Positions 7,365 through 15,709 of a DNA stretch of 32,342 nt are shown here, in pieces. Made by a program: the position numbers and the translations under genes. The stretch lies in contig JBJTPA010000321.1 in assembly GCA_046074885.1 (NCBI GenBank), positions 1-32,342 of the forward strand, read 5' to 3'. Each line of letters starts with the position of its first letter. The first letter of the stretch is position 1. The notes under the pieces are model-generated. The model had not been told where the DNA came from and searched no databases. It saw only the letters and a list, made by a program, of their open reading frames with translations. The DNA is from Planctomycetaceae bacterium (GTDB taxonomy: Bacteria; Planctomycetota; Planctomycetia; Pirellulales; UBA1268).

Positions 7365-8648
7365 ATGGCTCACGACCCCGCGCCACCGCTCCCGCCGGAC
7401 CCCGACGACGAGCCGTTCTCGCTCGGGCTGCACGGCCTCCGCGAGGACGATTCCGTCGACGACACCTGCGCCGACACCTGGATCGACGCCGACGAGGACG
7501 GCACCTCGGTCGATCATGCGCTCCTCGCGCTTCATGCCCGCATGGCCCGCTGGCTGACCGGCGACACGAGCCGTGGTTTCCGCGGTTTCACCCTCGTCGA
7601 ACTCCTCGTCGTGATCGCGATCATCGGGATCCTCATCGCACTCTTGTTGCCGGCCGTGCAGACCGTGCGGGAATCGGCCCGTCGGTCGTCGTGCATCAAC
7701 AACCTCAAGCAGATTGCGCTCGCATTCCACAATTATGAGAACTCCCGCCGGCTCCTGCCGCCCCTGAAGCGGTCCTACGGCCCGGCCACCACTCCGCCCG
7801 CCGCGAATTGCGAGGCTGGCATGGCTCACCGCAGCTGGGTGCCCGACGTCTTGCCATACGTCGAGGAGCAGAGCCTTCTCAGCCTTTACAACCTGTCGCA
7901 GGACTGGTGGGTGAACTCGGATGGATCGGCGCCAAGCGGCGGCACGGCGGGCAACCTTGACACACCGGTGACGGGGAACCGCGAACTCGCGCGGACCCAA
8001 CTGGCGATCATGCAGTGTCCGTCGTGCCCGGTGCAGAATCGGATCCAGGACAAGATCGAAGTCGCACCAAAACCCCGAAAGACCGGGGCGTGTACCGATT
8101 ACTTCTTGGTCGCTGGCACCGGCTCCAGCTTCAATTCGCTGTTCACGTCTGGTTCCGTCGCCGTGGGACCTGGAGCCACAGAAGAGTGGCTGAATTGCGG
8201 CGCCACCGCAAAGCGGCCGAAATGTACGTTGGCCAAAATCACCGACGGACTCTCAAAGACGATCCTGCTCGCCGAGTGTGCCGGCCGCGAGGACGTGTGG
8301 CGGGGGCGGACACGCTATCCCGCCAACGCCGATAACGCAGCAGGGGCGTCCTGCGCCCGCGCCCAGGGCGGCGCCTGGGCGACGAACGACAATCCCTTCT
8401 TCTTCGGCGACAAAACGAAGGGCTGGTGCACGACATCGTCAAGTCCCACGTCTGGCGATATCCCGCCGGAGCTCTTCAAGGTGAACGGCTCCAACGAGCA
8501 AAGCTGGCTCATGTACAGCTTCCACCCCGGCGGTGCGAACGTCGCGATGGCCGACGGGTCGGTGCAGGCAGTGTCCGAAAACACGTCGGTGCAGACGCTC
8601 GGCCAACTCGCGACCCGGGCCGGCGGCGAGGCCGCCTCCCTCGACTGA
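7365..8648 (+). CDS. DUF1559 / H-X9-DG domain protein with prepilin-type N-terminal cleavage/methylation motif
   Basis: It has [26 protein letters not shown], the [17 protein letters not shown] motif, and C-terminal [16 protein letters not shown] (H-X9-DG). The start is uncertain. ATG 7365 adds a 59-aa acidic extension that has coding-like GC3, whereas ATG 7542 ([15 protein letters not shown]|FTLVELL) gives a canonical short leader. Confidence 0.8.
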   Translation: MAHDPAPPLPPDPDDEPFSLGLHGLREDDSVDDTCADTWIDADEDGTSVDHALLALHARMARWLTGDTSRGFRGFTLVELLVVIAIIGILIALLLPAVQTVRESARRSSCINNLKQIALAFHNYENSRRLLPPLKRSYGPATTPPAANCEAGMAHRSWVPDVLPYVEEQSLLSLYNLSQDWWVNSDGSAPSGGTAGNLDTPVTGNRELARTQLAIMQCPSCPVQNRIQDKIEVAPKPRKTGACTDYFLVAGTGSSFNSLFTSGSVAVGPGATEEWLNCGATAKRPKCTLAKITDGLSKTILLAECAGREDVWRGRTRYPANADNAAGASCARAQGGAWATNDNPFFFGDKTKGWCTTSSSPTSGDIPPELFKVNGSNEQSWLMYSFHPGGANVAMADGSVQAVSENTSVQTLGQLATRAGGEAASLD

Positions 8649-8890
8649 CGCCGCATGACGTGCCGGTGCGGCGAAGGCGCGACGACTTGAACGGCGGCGG
8701 ACGGCCGCGTCACGACCGTATTCGTCCGCACGACCGCGCCAGCCGCTCCGGACTGCCTGCGCCTCCGACTTTGTGCAGGCCCCGCCGCCGGGTCGCCGAT
8801 ACCTCCCCATGTGCCGGTAGTCGCCGGCCCCGCGCCGCCGGCAGACGCCGTCCGCCCGCGCGTCCTCCCACGTCGCCACCAGGAACCACC

Positions 8891-9760
8891 ATGTCCACCC
8901 GCCGTCGCCCGTCCGCCACTGCCGTCCAGGCGCCGCTGGAGACCTACCTCCGCGACATCAACGAGACGGGCCTCCTCTCCGCCGACGAGGAGAAGCGGCT
9001 CGCCCGCGCCATCGCCGCCGGCGACGCGCTGGCCCGCGACCACATGGTGCGGGCCAACCTGCGGCTCGTCGTGAACATCGCCCGCGGCTACGCCAACCGC
9101 GGGCTGCCGCTTCCGGACCTCATCGAGGAGGGCAACCTCGGCCTCCTGCGGGCCGTCGAGGGCTTCGATCCCGACGTCGGCACGCGGTTCAGCACCTACG
9201 CGAGCTACTGGATCAAGCAGTCGATCAAGCGGGCGCTCATCAACTCCGGCAAGACGATCCGCATCCCGGCCTACATGGTCGAACTGCTCTCGAAGTGGCG
9301 GCGGGCGACCGCGCGGCTCGCAGAGATCCTCGGCCGCACGCCGACGCCCGAGGAGATCGCCCGGCTCCTGGGCCTGGCGCGGAAGAAGCTGCCGATCATC
9401 AAGAAGGCGATCCACGTGCACACCGCCACGCCCCACACCGAGCAGGAGGACGGCGGCTGGTCGCTCGGTGAACTGCTGCACGACGCCGGGGCCAGGTGCC
9501 CGGCCGAGGTGCTGCTCGACACCGACACGCTTGCGCACGTGCTCGAGCGGATCGACCGGCTCGACGACCGTGCCCGGAAGATCATCCGCCTCCGGTTCGG
9601 CCTCGGCGGCGCCGAGCCGATGACGCTCAAGGAGATCGGCGCCGAGCTGGGCCTCACCCGCGAGCGGGTGCGGCAGATCGAGGCCGAGACGCTCGCCGGC
9701 CTGGCGGCGGCCATCGACGGCGGGCCCGACGCCAACGTCCACCTGCGGCAGGGGGCCTGA
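8891..9760 (+). CDS. Sigma-70 family RNA polymerase sigma factor (RpoD-like regions 1.2-4, no region 1.1)
   Basis: ATG 8891 is preceded by AGGA. The regions are LETYLRDINETGLLSADEE (1.2), NLRLVVNIARGY..DLIEEGNLGLLRAVEGFD..FSTYASYWIKQSIKRAL (region 2), IRIPAYMVELLSKW (region 3) and TLKEIGAELGLTRERVRQIE (region 4.2). It is 289 aa. Confidence 0.85.
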   Translation: MSTRRRPSATAVQAPLETYLRDINETGLLSADEEKRLARAIAAGDALARDHMVRANLRLVVNIARGYANRGLPLPDLIEEGNLGLLRAVEGFDPDVGTRFSTYASYWIKQSIKRALINSGKTIRIPAYMVELLSKWRRATARLAEILGRTPTPEEIARLLGLARKKLPIIKKAIHVHTATPHTEQEDGGWSLGELLHDAGARCPAEVLLDTDTLAHVLERIDRLDDRARKIIRLRFGLGGAEPMTLKEIGAELGLTRERVRQIEAETLAGLAAAIDGGPDANVHLRQGA

Positions 9761-9763
9761 CGG

Positions 9764-10276
9764 ATGGATCTCGGCCGCCACGTCCGCGCGATCCCCGACT
9801 TCCCCAAGCCGGGCATCCTGTTCCGCGACATCACGCCCCTGCTGGCCGACCCGACGGCCCTCGTCGAGGCCGTCGATCGCCTCGTGGAGCCCTGGCGGTC
9901 GGAGCGGCTCGACGCGATCGCGGCGGTGGAGGCGCGAGGGTTCCTGTTCGCGACGCCGATGGCGCTCGAGCTCGGCGTCGGGGTGATCCCGGTCCGCAAG
10001 CCGGGCAAGCTGCCGGCGGCCACGATCGCCCACGACTACGACCTGGAGTACGGCCGCGACCGGCTCGAGATGCACTCCGGCGTGCTCGCCCGGCACGCGC
10101 GGGTGCTCGTGGTGGACGACGTGCTGGCCACCGGCGGCACCGCGGCTGCCTGCATGCGGCTCGTGGAGACGGCCGGCGGCGTGGTGGTGGGAGCGGCGTT
10201 CCTCGTCGAGATCGCGCCGCTCGGGGGCCGCGAGCGTCTCGCGCCGCACCGCGTGGAATCCGTGCTCGTATATTGA
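9764..10276 (+). CDS. apt: Adenine phosphoribosyltransferase
   Basis: ORF 9764..10276. It carries PDFPKPGILFRDITPLL, VEARGFLF, VPVRKPGKLP, YDLEYG and the PRPP motif VLVVDDVLATGGT. It starts 3 nt after the sigma factor stop. Confidence 0.95.
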   Translation: MDLGRHVRAIPDFPKPGILFRDITPLLADPTALVEAVDRLVEPWRSERLDAIAAVEARGFLFATPMALELGVGVIPVRKPGKLPAATIAHDYDLEYGRDRLEMHSGVLARHARVLVVDDVLATGGTAAACMRLVETAGGVVVGAAFLVEIAPLGGRERLAPHRVESVLVY

Positions 10277-10280
10277 CGGG

Positions 10281-11381
10281 ATGCGGTCCGCGAGCACCTC
10301 CCGCGTCGTCGTGGCGATGTCCGGGGGCGTGGACTCGAGCGTGGCCGCGGCCCTCCTCGTCGAGGCGGGCCACGACGTCGTCGGCGTCTACATGCGGCAG
10401 GGCCGGCCGCCCGAGGCCGCGGACTCGCCCGCCCGGCCCGGCCACCAGGGCTGCTGCGGCGTGGCCGACGCGCTCGACGCCCGCCGCGTGGCCGACCGGC
10501 TCGGGATCCCGCTCTACGCCCTCGACCTCACGCCCGACTTCGGCCGGATCATCGACTACTTCGCGGGGGAGTATGGCCGCGGCCGCACGCCGAATCCCTG
10601 CGTGCGCTGCAACTCCTGGCTCAAGTTCGGCCGGCTCTTCGACCACGCCGACGCGGTCGGTGCGAGCCACGTGGCCACCGGCCACTACGCGCGGCTGGAG
10701 CACGGCCCCGAGGGGACACCCTCGCTTCTCCGCGGCCGCGACCCCGCACGTGACCAGTCCTACGTGCTCTTCGACGTGCGACGCGAGCGTCTGGCGCGGA
10801 TGCTTCTGCCGGTGGGCGACCTGCCGAAGGCGGTCGTCCGCGATCGGGCGCGGACGCTCGGTCTCGCCACCGCCGACAAGCCCGACAGCCAGGAGATCTG
10901 CTTCGTCGCGCCGGGCGAGCACGCGGCGCTCGTCGCCCGCCGGCTCGGCGGATCGCGGGCCGGGGACGTCGTCGATGCGGCGGGCACCGTGCTCGGCCGG
11001 CACGACGGGATCGAGCGATTCACCGTCGGCCAGCGGCAGGGCCTCGGCGTCGCGACCGGCCGGCCACTCCACGTGATCGCGATCGAGGCCGACACCTGCC
11101 GCGTGGTCGTGGGCCCGCGGGAGGCGGTGCCCGAGGATCGCCTCACGGCGGCCGACGCGACGTGGCTCGTGCCGGAGCCGACGGAGCCGTTCGAGTGCCT
11201 CGTGCAGTGCCGGGCCCAGCGGCAGGCGGCCCCCGCCGTGGTCACGCCGCTGGCTCCAGGCCGGTTCGCCGCCCGGTTCACCGGCGGACCGCACGCGTCG
11301 CCGGGGCCGATATCCCCGGGGCAGCCGGCGGTGTGTTATCGGGGCGACCACCTGCTCGGCGGCGGCTGGATCGAGGGCTGA
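10281..11381 (+). CDS. mnmA: tRNA-specific 2-thiouridylase
   Basis: ORF 10281..11381. It has the PP-loop VVVAMSGGVDSSVAA, NPCVRCN, HVATGHYAR and RDQSYVL. It starts 4 nt after the apt stop. Confidence 0.9.
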   Translation: MRSASTSRVVVAMSGGVDSSVAAALLVEAGHDVVGVYMRQGRPPEAADSPARPGHQGCCGVADALDARRVADRLGIPLYALDLTPDFGRIIDYFAGEYGRGRTPNPCVRCNSWLKFGRLFDHADAVGASHVATGHYARLEHGPEGTPSLLRGRDPARDQSYVLFDVRRERLARMLLPVGDLPKAVVRDRARTLGLATADKPDSQEICFVAPGEHAALVARRLGGSRAGDVVDAAGTVLGRHDGIERFTVGQRQGLGVATGRPLHVIAIEADTCRVVVGPREAVPEDRLTAADATWLVPEPTEPFECLVQCRAQRQAAPAVVTPLAPGRFAARFTGGPHASPGPISPGQPAVCYRGDHLLGGGWIEG

Positions 11382-11415
11382 TACGGGTCACACGTGATCC
11401 TCACGCGTGATCCGA

Positions 11416-11522
11416 CCCGTGGTCCGGTTGCCTCGCAACAGGATTGTGCGGTCGATCCACGGGCCGGACTCCAGTCGCGAGGCGACTGGGCCACGAGACG
11501 AGGTGATCGCGGAAGCGCGAGG
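11416..11522 (+). repeat. Repeat family R1, copy A (~107 nt, contains a 19-bp long-range stem)
   Basis: It aligns without gaps to 30106..30212 (about 13 mismatches in 107 nt). cgtggtccggttgcctcgc (11418-11436) pairs over 19 positions (3 G-U) with gcgaggcgactgggccacg (11477-11495). A competing local hairpin is CCAGTCGC-gag-GCGACTGG (11471-11489). Confidence 0.85.
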
Positions 11523-11621
11523 CTCATGTGGGAGCCGTATGACGCGGTTTTTGCGGGCCCGAAATCGCGAACTAGGCTTGGGGCGTAGGCTCAGGCCCCC
11601 TTCCCCGTCCACCAGCCACGC

Positions 11622-12563
11622 ATGAACACCCTTCCGCTTCCCGTGATCGTCGGCGCCGCGATCGTGCTGGGCATCCTCGCCCTCACGATGCTCCTGCTCG
11701 TCTTCAACTACGGGCAGCTCTGGTTCCAGGCCTACTGGTCGAAGGCGCGGGTGTCGTTCGCGTCGCTGCTCGGCATGAGCCTGCGGAAGGTGAATGCCCG
11801 CACGATCGTGCAGGCCCGGATCATGGCCATCCAGGCCGGCCTGGGCCCCGACATCACGCCCCGGCGGCTCGAGGCCCACTACCTCGCCGGCGGCGACGTG
11901 CCCCGCGTCATTCGCGCGCTCATCGCGGCGCAGCGGGCCGACCTCGACCTCGACTTCGACCGGGCCTGCGCCATCGACCTGGCCGGCCGCGACGTGCTCG
12001 ACGCGGTGCAGACGAGCGTGAACCCCAAGGTCATCGACTGCCCCGACGTGGCCAGCGGCAAGCCGAACCTCTCTGCCGTGGCCAAGAACGGCGTCGAGCT
12101 CAAGATCCGGGCCCGCGTGACCGTCCGCACGAACCTCCAGCAACTCATCGGTGGCGCCACCGAGGAGACGATCATCGCCCGCGTCGGCGAGGGGATCATC
12201 ACGTCGATCGGCTCGTCCGCCAGCCACTTCGAGGTCATGGAGCACCCCGACACGATCTCGAAGGCGGTGCTCCAGCGCGGCCTCGACGCCCAGACTGCGT
12301 TCCAGATCGTGTCGATCGACATCGCCGACATCGAGGTGGGCGAGAACATCGGCGCGCGGCTCCAGGCCGACCAGGCCGAGGCCGACACCCGCGTGGCCCG
12401 GGCCAAGGCCGAGGAGCGGCGGAGCGTGGCGATCGCCCGGGAGCAGGAGATGAAGGCCGCCACGGCGGAGAACCGCGCCCGGCTGCTCCAGGCCGAGGCC
12501 CTCGTGCCCAAGAGCATCGGCGAAGCCTTCCGGGCCGGCCGCGTCGCCGGCCGGGCCGGCTGA
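11622..12563 (+). CDS. floA: Flotillin-like protein FloA (UPF0365/YqfA family)
   Basis: ORF 11622..12563. It has an N-terminal TM segment, then [91 protein letters not shown] and [16 protein letters not shown]. These are collinear with Bacillus FloA. Confidence 0.9.
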   Translation: MNTLPLPVIVGAAIVLGILALTMLLLVFNYGQLWFQAYWSKARVSFASLLGMSLRKVNARTIVQARIMAIQAGLGPDITPRRLEAHYLAGGDVPRVIRALIAAQRADLDLDFDRACAIDLAGRDVLDAVQTSVNPKVIDCPDVASGKPNLSAVAKNGVELKIRARVTVRTNLQQLIGGATEETIIARVGEGIITSIGSSASHFEVMEHPDTISKAVLQRGLDAQTAFQIVSIDIADIEVGENIGARLQADQAEADTRVARAKAEERRSVAIAREQEMKAATAENRARLLQAEALVPKSIGEAFRAGRVAGRAG

Positions 12564-12761
12564 CCGCGGCCCCCGGTCCCTCCAGCTTGCCGCGCTTGCC
12601 GCCGGCGGCCGTCATTCCCGGTGCGACCGGGAAATCCGGCCAAACCTTGCGGCCTGTCGCTGCCGATGAAGGTGGTATCGGGAGACGGTGCGCCACGATG
12701 GCGGCCAGCCCGGCGGAGACGCCGGCGACTCCCGTGATCCGCGAGCAAGGGAGTGTGCGAC

Positions 12762-13571
12762 ATGGCGATGAGGCGACTGCGCGTCTACACGGGTCCCGAG
12801 TTCGAGCGGCCGGGCGTCGTCGGGTTCGCCGAGGCCCCGGCCCGCGCGGAGACGGTCCGTGTCACGCTCGGCGAGGTGCTGCCGCTCCTGGCTGACGCGC
12901 TGGCCAGCGACCGCACCTGGCTCCGCGACTTCGGCGGCGACGAGATCGAGATCTCGGCCGACCTCCACGACGTGCTCGAGGCCTACCGGCACTTCACCCC
13001 CGGGCGCCTGAGCTCCCTATATCGCTGGGTGCGGCACGCCGGACGGGGCGACGCGCGGGTAGACTGGCAGGCCGACGGTCCTCGGCCCGCCACCCTCCCG
13101 GGAGCCCCGCCATGGCGCTGCCGCGTCGCGATTTCGTCGAACGCGCCCTCTGCCTCGCCGCCGCCGCCCTGGCCCGCGGCGCCGACGCCGCGAAGCCGGA
13201 ACCGCCCGCGGGGGGGCTGCGGCCCGCGTCCGGGAAAATCCGCGTCGCCTGCATCGGCGTCAACAACCAGGGGTCGGCCCACGTCGGCGAACTCCTCAAG
13301 CTGCCCGACGCCGAGCTCGTCGCCATCTGCGACTGCGATCCCGGCGCCTACGAGCGGGCGGCGCAGAAGCACTTCGCGAAGGAAAAGGGCCGGAAGACGC
13401 CCGAGTTCGTCCAGGACATCCGCCGGCTCCTCGACCGCAAGGACGTGGACGCGGTCACGATTGCCACGCCGAACCACTGGCACGCCCTGGCGGCCGTGTG
13501 GGCGATGCAGGCCGGCAAGGACGTGTACGTCGAGAAGCCGTGCAGCCACAACGTCCACGAGGGGCGGGTGA
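12762..13571 (+). CDS. Hypothetical small protein with unresolved 3' end (formal ORF overlaps the next gene by 460 nt)
   Basis: AAGGGAG lies 8 nt upstream of ATG 12762. The first ~85 codons (MAMRRLRVYTGPEFERPG...DLHDVLEAYRHF) show strong GC3 bias. I recognise no family. GC3 drops after ~13010, and the frame has no stop until 13571, inside the oxidoreductase gene. Confidence 0.2.
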   Translation: MAMRRLRVYTGPEFERPGVVGFAEAPARAETVRVTLGEVLPLLADALASDRTWLRDFGGDEIEISADLHDVLEAYRHFTPGRLSSLYRWVRHAGRGDARVDWQADGPRPATLPGAPPWRCRVAISSNAPSASPPPPWPAAPTPRSRNRPRGGCGPRPGKSASPASASTTRGRPTSANSSSCPTPSSSPSATAIPAPTSGRRRSTSRRKRAGRRPSSSRTSAGSSTARTWTRSRLPRRTTGTPWRPCGRCRPARTCTSRSRAATTSTRGG

Positions 13572-14584
13572 TGACCGACTGGGCGCGGAAACTCGGACGC
13601 ATCTGCCAGATGGGCGTGCAGAGCCGGAGCATGACCGGCATGCGGCAGACGCTCGACTTCGTCCGCGGCGGCGGCGTGGGGCCGGTGACGGTGGCCCACG
13701 CGCTGTGCTACAAGCGGCGGAAGAGCATCGGGCGGACCGACAAGCCGGCCCCGCTGCCCGCCGGCCTCGACTTCGACCTCTGGGCCGGCCCGGCGCCGAA
13801 GGTGGTGCCCGTCCGCGAGCGGCTCCACTACGACTGGCACTGGACGCACGTCACCGGCAACGGCGACCTCGGCAACCAGAACCCACACGAGCTCGACAAG
13901 GCCCGCTGGGGACTCGGCAAGCACGAGCTCCCGAAGCGGGTCGTGAGCCTCGGCGGCCGGCTCGGCTACGTGGACGACGGCGACGTGGCCAACAGCCAGG
14001 TGACGATCTTCCAGTGGGACGACGCGACCCTCGTTTCCGACGTCCGCGGGCTCGAGATCAAGACGCCGGTCGATTTCGGGCTCAAGGCCGGCCCGCTCGG
14101 CGTGGCGAACATCTGGTGGGGCACCACGGGCTACGTCGTGGCCCCCAACTACACCAGCGGCGTGGCCTTCGACCACGACGGCCGCGAGCTCGGCAAGTGG
14201 TCCGGGGGCGAGTACGAGGCCCACTTCGCCAACTTCCTCGACGCCGTGCGAAGCCGCCGCCACGAGGACCTGCACCTCGACATCGAGGAGGGGCACCTGT
14301 CGAGCGCGCTGGCGCACCTCGGCAACGTCTCCTGGGCGCTCGGCGAGCCGGTCGAGCCCGGCACCCGGCCGAAGCTCGCGGCCGACGAGCCGCACGTGCG
14401 GGCCACCTGGGAGAGCTTCGAGAAGCACCTGGGGGAGCAGGAGATCGACTACGCGGCCACGAAGCTGCTCCTCGGCCGCGAGCTCGTGATCGACCCGAAG
14501 ACCGAGCGGGCCACGGACGAGCAGGCCAACCCGCTCTTCAGCCGCGAGTACCGCCAGGGTTTTGAATTGCCCCTGCCCTCGTGA
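13112..14584 (+). CDS. Gfo/Idh/MocA family oxidoreductase with twin-arginine (Tat) signal
   Basis: ORF 13112..14584 with GGGAG 7 nt upstream. The Tat signal is MALPRRDFVERALCLAAAALARGADA. The Rossmann start is IRVACIGVNNQGSAH, followed by VAICDCD, VTIATPNHWH and VYVEKP. Confidence 0.85.
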   Translation: MALPRRDFVERALCLAAAALARGADAAKPEPPAGGLRPASGKIRVACIGVNNQGSAHVGELLKLPDAELVAICDCDPGAYERAAQKHFAKEKGRKTPEFVQDIRRLLDRKDVDAVTIATPNHWHALAAVWAMQAGKDVYVEKPCSHNVHEGRVMTDWARKLGRICQMGVQSRSMTGMRQTLDFVRGGGVGPVTVAHALCYKRRKSIGRTDKPAPLPAGLDFDLWAGPAPKVVPVRERLHYDWHWTHVTGNGDLGNQNPHELDKARWGLGKHELPKRVVSLGGRLGYVDDGDVANSQVTIFQWDDATLVSDVRGLEIKTPVDFGLKAGPLGVANIWWGTTGYVVAPNYTSGVAFDHDGRELGKWSGGEYEAHFANFLDAVRSRRHEDLHLDIEEGHLSSALAHLGNVSWALGEPVEPGTRPKLAADEPHVRATWESFEKHLGEQEIDYAATKLLLGRELVIDPKTERATDEQANPLFSREYRQGFELPLPS

Positions 14585-14615
14585 GGGGCTGCCCGTGCCG
14601 TCGAGCCGGCGTTGT

Positions 14616-14730
14616 CAGTCCCCGCGCTGGCGCTTGGGGCTTCCTGACGGGAAGCGCCGCCAATTTGCGTGACGACACACGGGTGTCGGCGCCGATTCGC
14701 AGGAAGCCCGGAGCGCGAGCGACGGGACTG
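14616..14730. repeat. Inverted pair of the R2 'M1' module (31-nt arms, 53-nt spacer) between convergent genes
   Basis: cagtccccgcgctggcgcttggggcttcctg (14616-14646) matches the reverse complement of 14700-14730 (cagtcccgtcgctcgcgctccgggcttcctg) at 26/31 positions. Both resemble M1 at 21627-21657 and 25929-25959. An inner hairpin is CGACAC-acgg-GTGTCG. Confidence 0.7.
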
Positions 14731-14769
14731 CGGGATGCCGACGCTCGGCTCCACCGTCTGACGCGGTTC

Positions 14770-15318
14770 TCAGCCGTCCTGCGGCTCCGCCGGCGTCGGC
14801 AGGATGAGCTGCCAGAACTCGAGGTCGAGCCAACGGCCGAACTTGTAGCCCGCCTCGCGGACCGTGCCGCAGCAGCGGAACCCCAGCGAGCTGTGCAGGG
14901 CCACGCTCGCCACGTTCGTGGCGTCGATCCCCGCGACGAGCATGTGGAGATCCTTCGTCTTCGCTTCGGCGATCAGCGCCTGGAGCAGCTGCCGGCCCAC
15001 GCCCTCGCCCCGGAACCGCTCGTCCACGTAGACCGAGTGCTCCGCCGAGTACTTGTAGGCGGCCCGCGGCCGGAACGGGCCCCACGTGGCGAAGCCCGCG
15101 AGCACCCCCGGCTCCCACTCGATGCCGAGCACCGGGATGCCGTCGCGGCGGCGGGCCGTGAACCACTCCCGCATCACCTCCTCGGTCCGCGGCGCGTACT
15201 CGTAGAGCGCGGTCGTGGTGAGGATCGCGTCGTTGTAGATCGCCTGGATCGCCGGGAGATGAGCCTCGGTGCAGGCGATCACCGCGCGGCGCGGCGGCGG
15301 GGGTTTCTTGCGCGGCAT
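14770..15318 (-). CDS. GNAT N-acetyltransferase, phosphinothricin/methionine-sulfoximine acetyltransferase-like
   Basis: This is the C-terminal 182 aa of track ORF 14770..15558, starting at ATG 15318 (MPRKKPPPP). It carries IYNDAILTTTALYEY, SVYVDERFRGEGVGRQLLQALI, HMLVAGIDATNVASVALHSSLGF and GYKFGRWLDL. Confidence 0.8.
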   Translation of the reverse strand: MPRKKPPPPRRAVIACTEAHLPAIQAIYNDAILTTTALYEYAPRTEEVMREWFTARRRDGIPVLGIEWEPGVLAGFATWGPFRPRAAYKYSAEHSVYVDERFRGEGVGRQLLQALIAEAKTKDLHMLVAGIDATNVASVALHSSLGFRCCGTVREAGYKFGRWLDLEFWQLILPTPAEPQDG

Positions 15319-15536
15319 GGGACGCGAGACCGGACGAAGGCGGGACGGGGTGTGCGGTGCGGCACGAGAATACACCGCGGCCCGGCTACGGCGCCGCGGA
15401 CTTGGGAGCTTCCCGGCGCCGCGGACCGTCGTCCGGCTCGGTCCGCCACCAGCCGGGCCCGTCGGACGGGCAGCGGGCGGTATCGACCGGGAACGCCATC
15501 CCTGCCCGGCGCCTGGCCCGCCATCGCGCGGGACGT

Positions 15537-15611
15537 GTGGGGGAAGAACGGCTTCCACTTCCCCTCGCGGACGGCCTGGAGCTCGTTCTCTGCGTACCAG
15601 AAGCAGTAGAC
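15537..15611 (-). pseudogene. Sulfatase C-terminal-region relic (25 codons)
   Basis: The reverse-strand translation VYCFWYAENELQAVREGKWKPFFPH fits the conserved sulfatase C-terminal block (FYY....L.AVR.G.WKLHF). It has no start codon or remaining gene body, and lies in the 390-nt gap between the PQQ-propeller stop and the GNAT start. Confidence 0.35.
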
Positions 15612-15709
15612 GGGAGCGGCGGCCGTTTCACCGGGGTCGTGTCGACCGGGGCCGGCCCGCGGCATTCCCCGGCGATCCGGCCCCACTCCCGCTCGAGTGC
15701 CGCCACGGA

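Noticed and set aside
15650-15709. The peptide AALEREWGRIAGE encoded right after the propeller stop, which resembles the extreme C-terminus of some sulfatases.
   Set aside because: It lies upstream of the VYCFWY...WKPFF block on the reverse strand, which is the wrong order for one collinear sulfatase. It is also too short to distinguish from chance.
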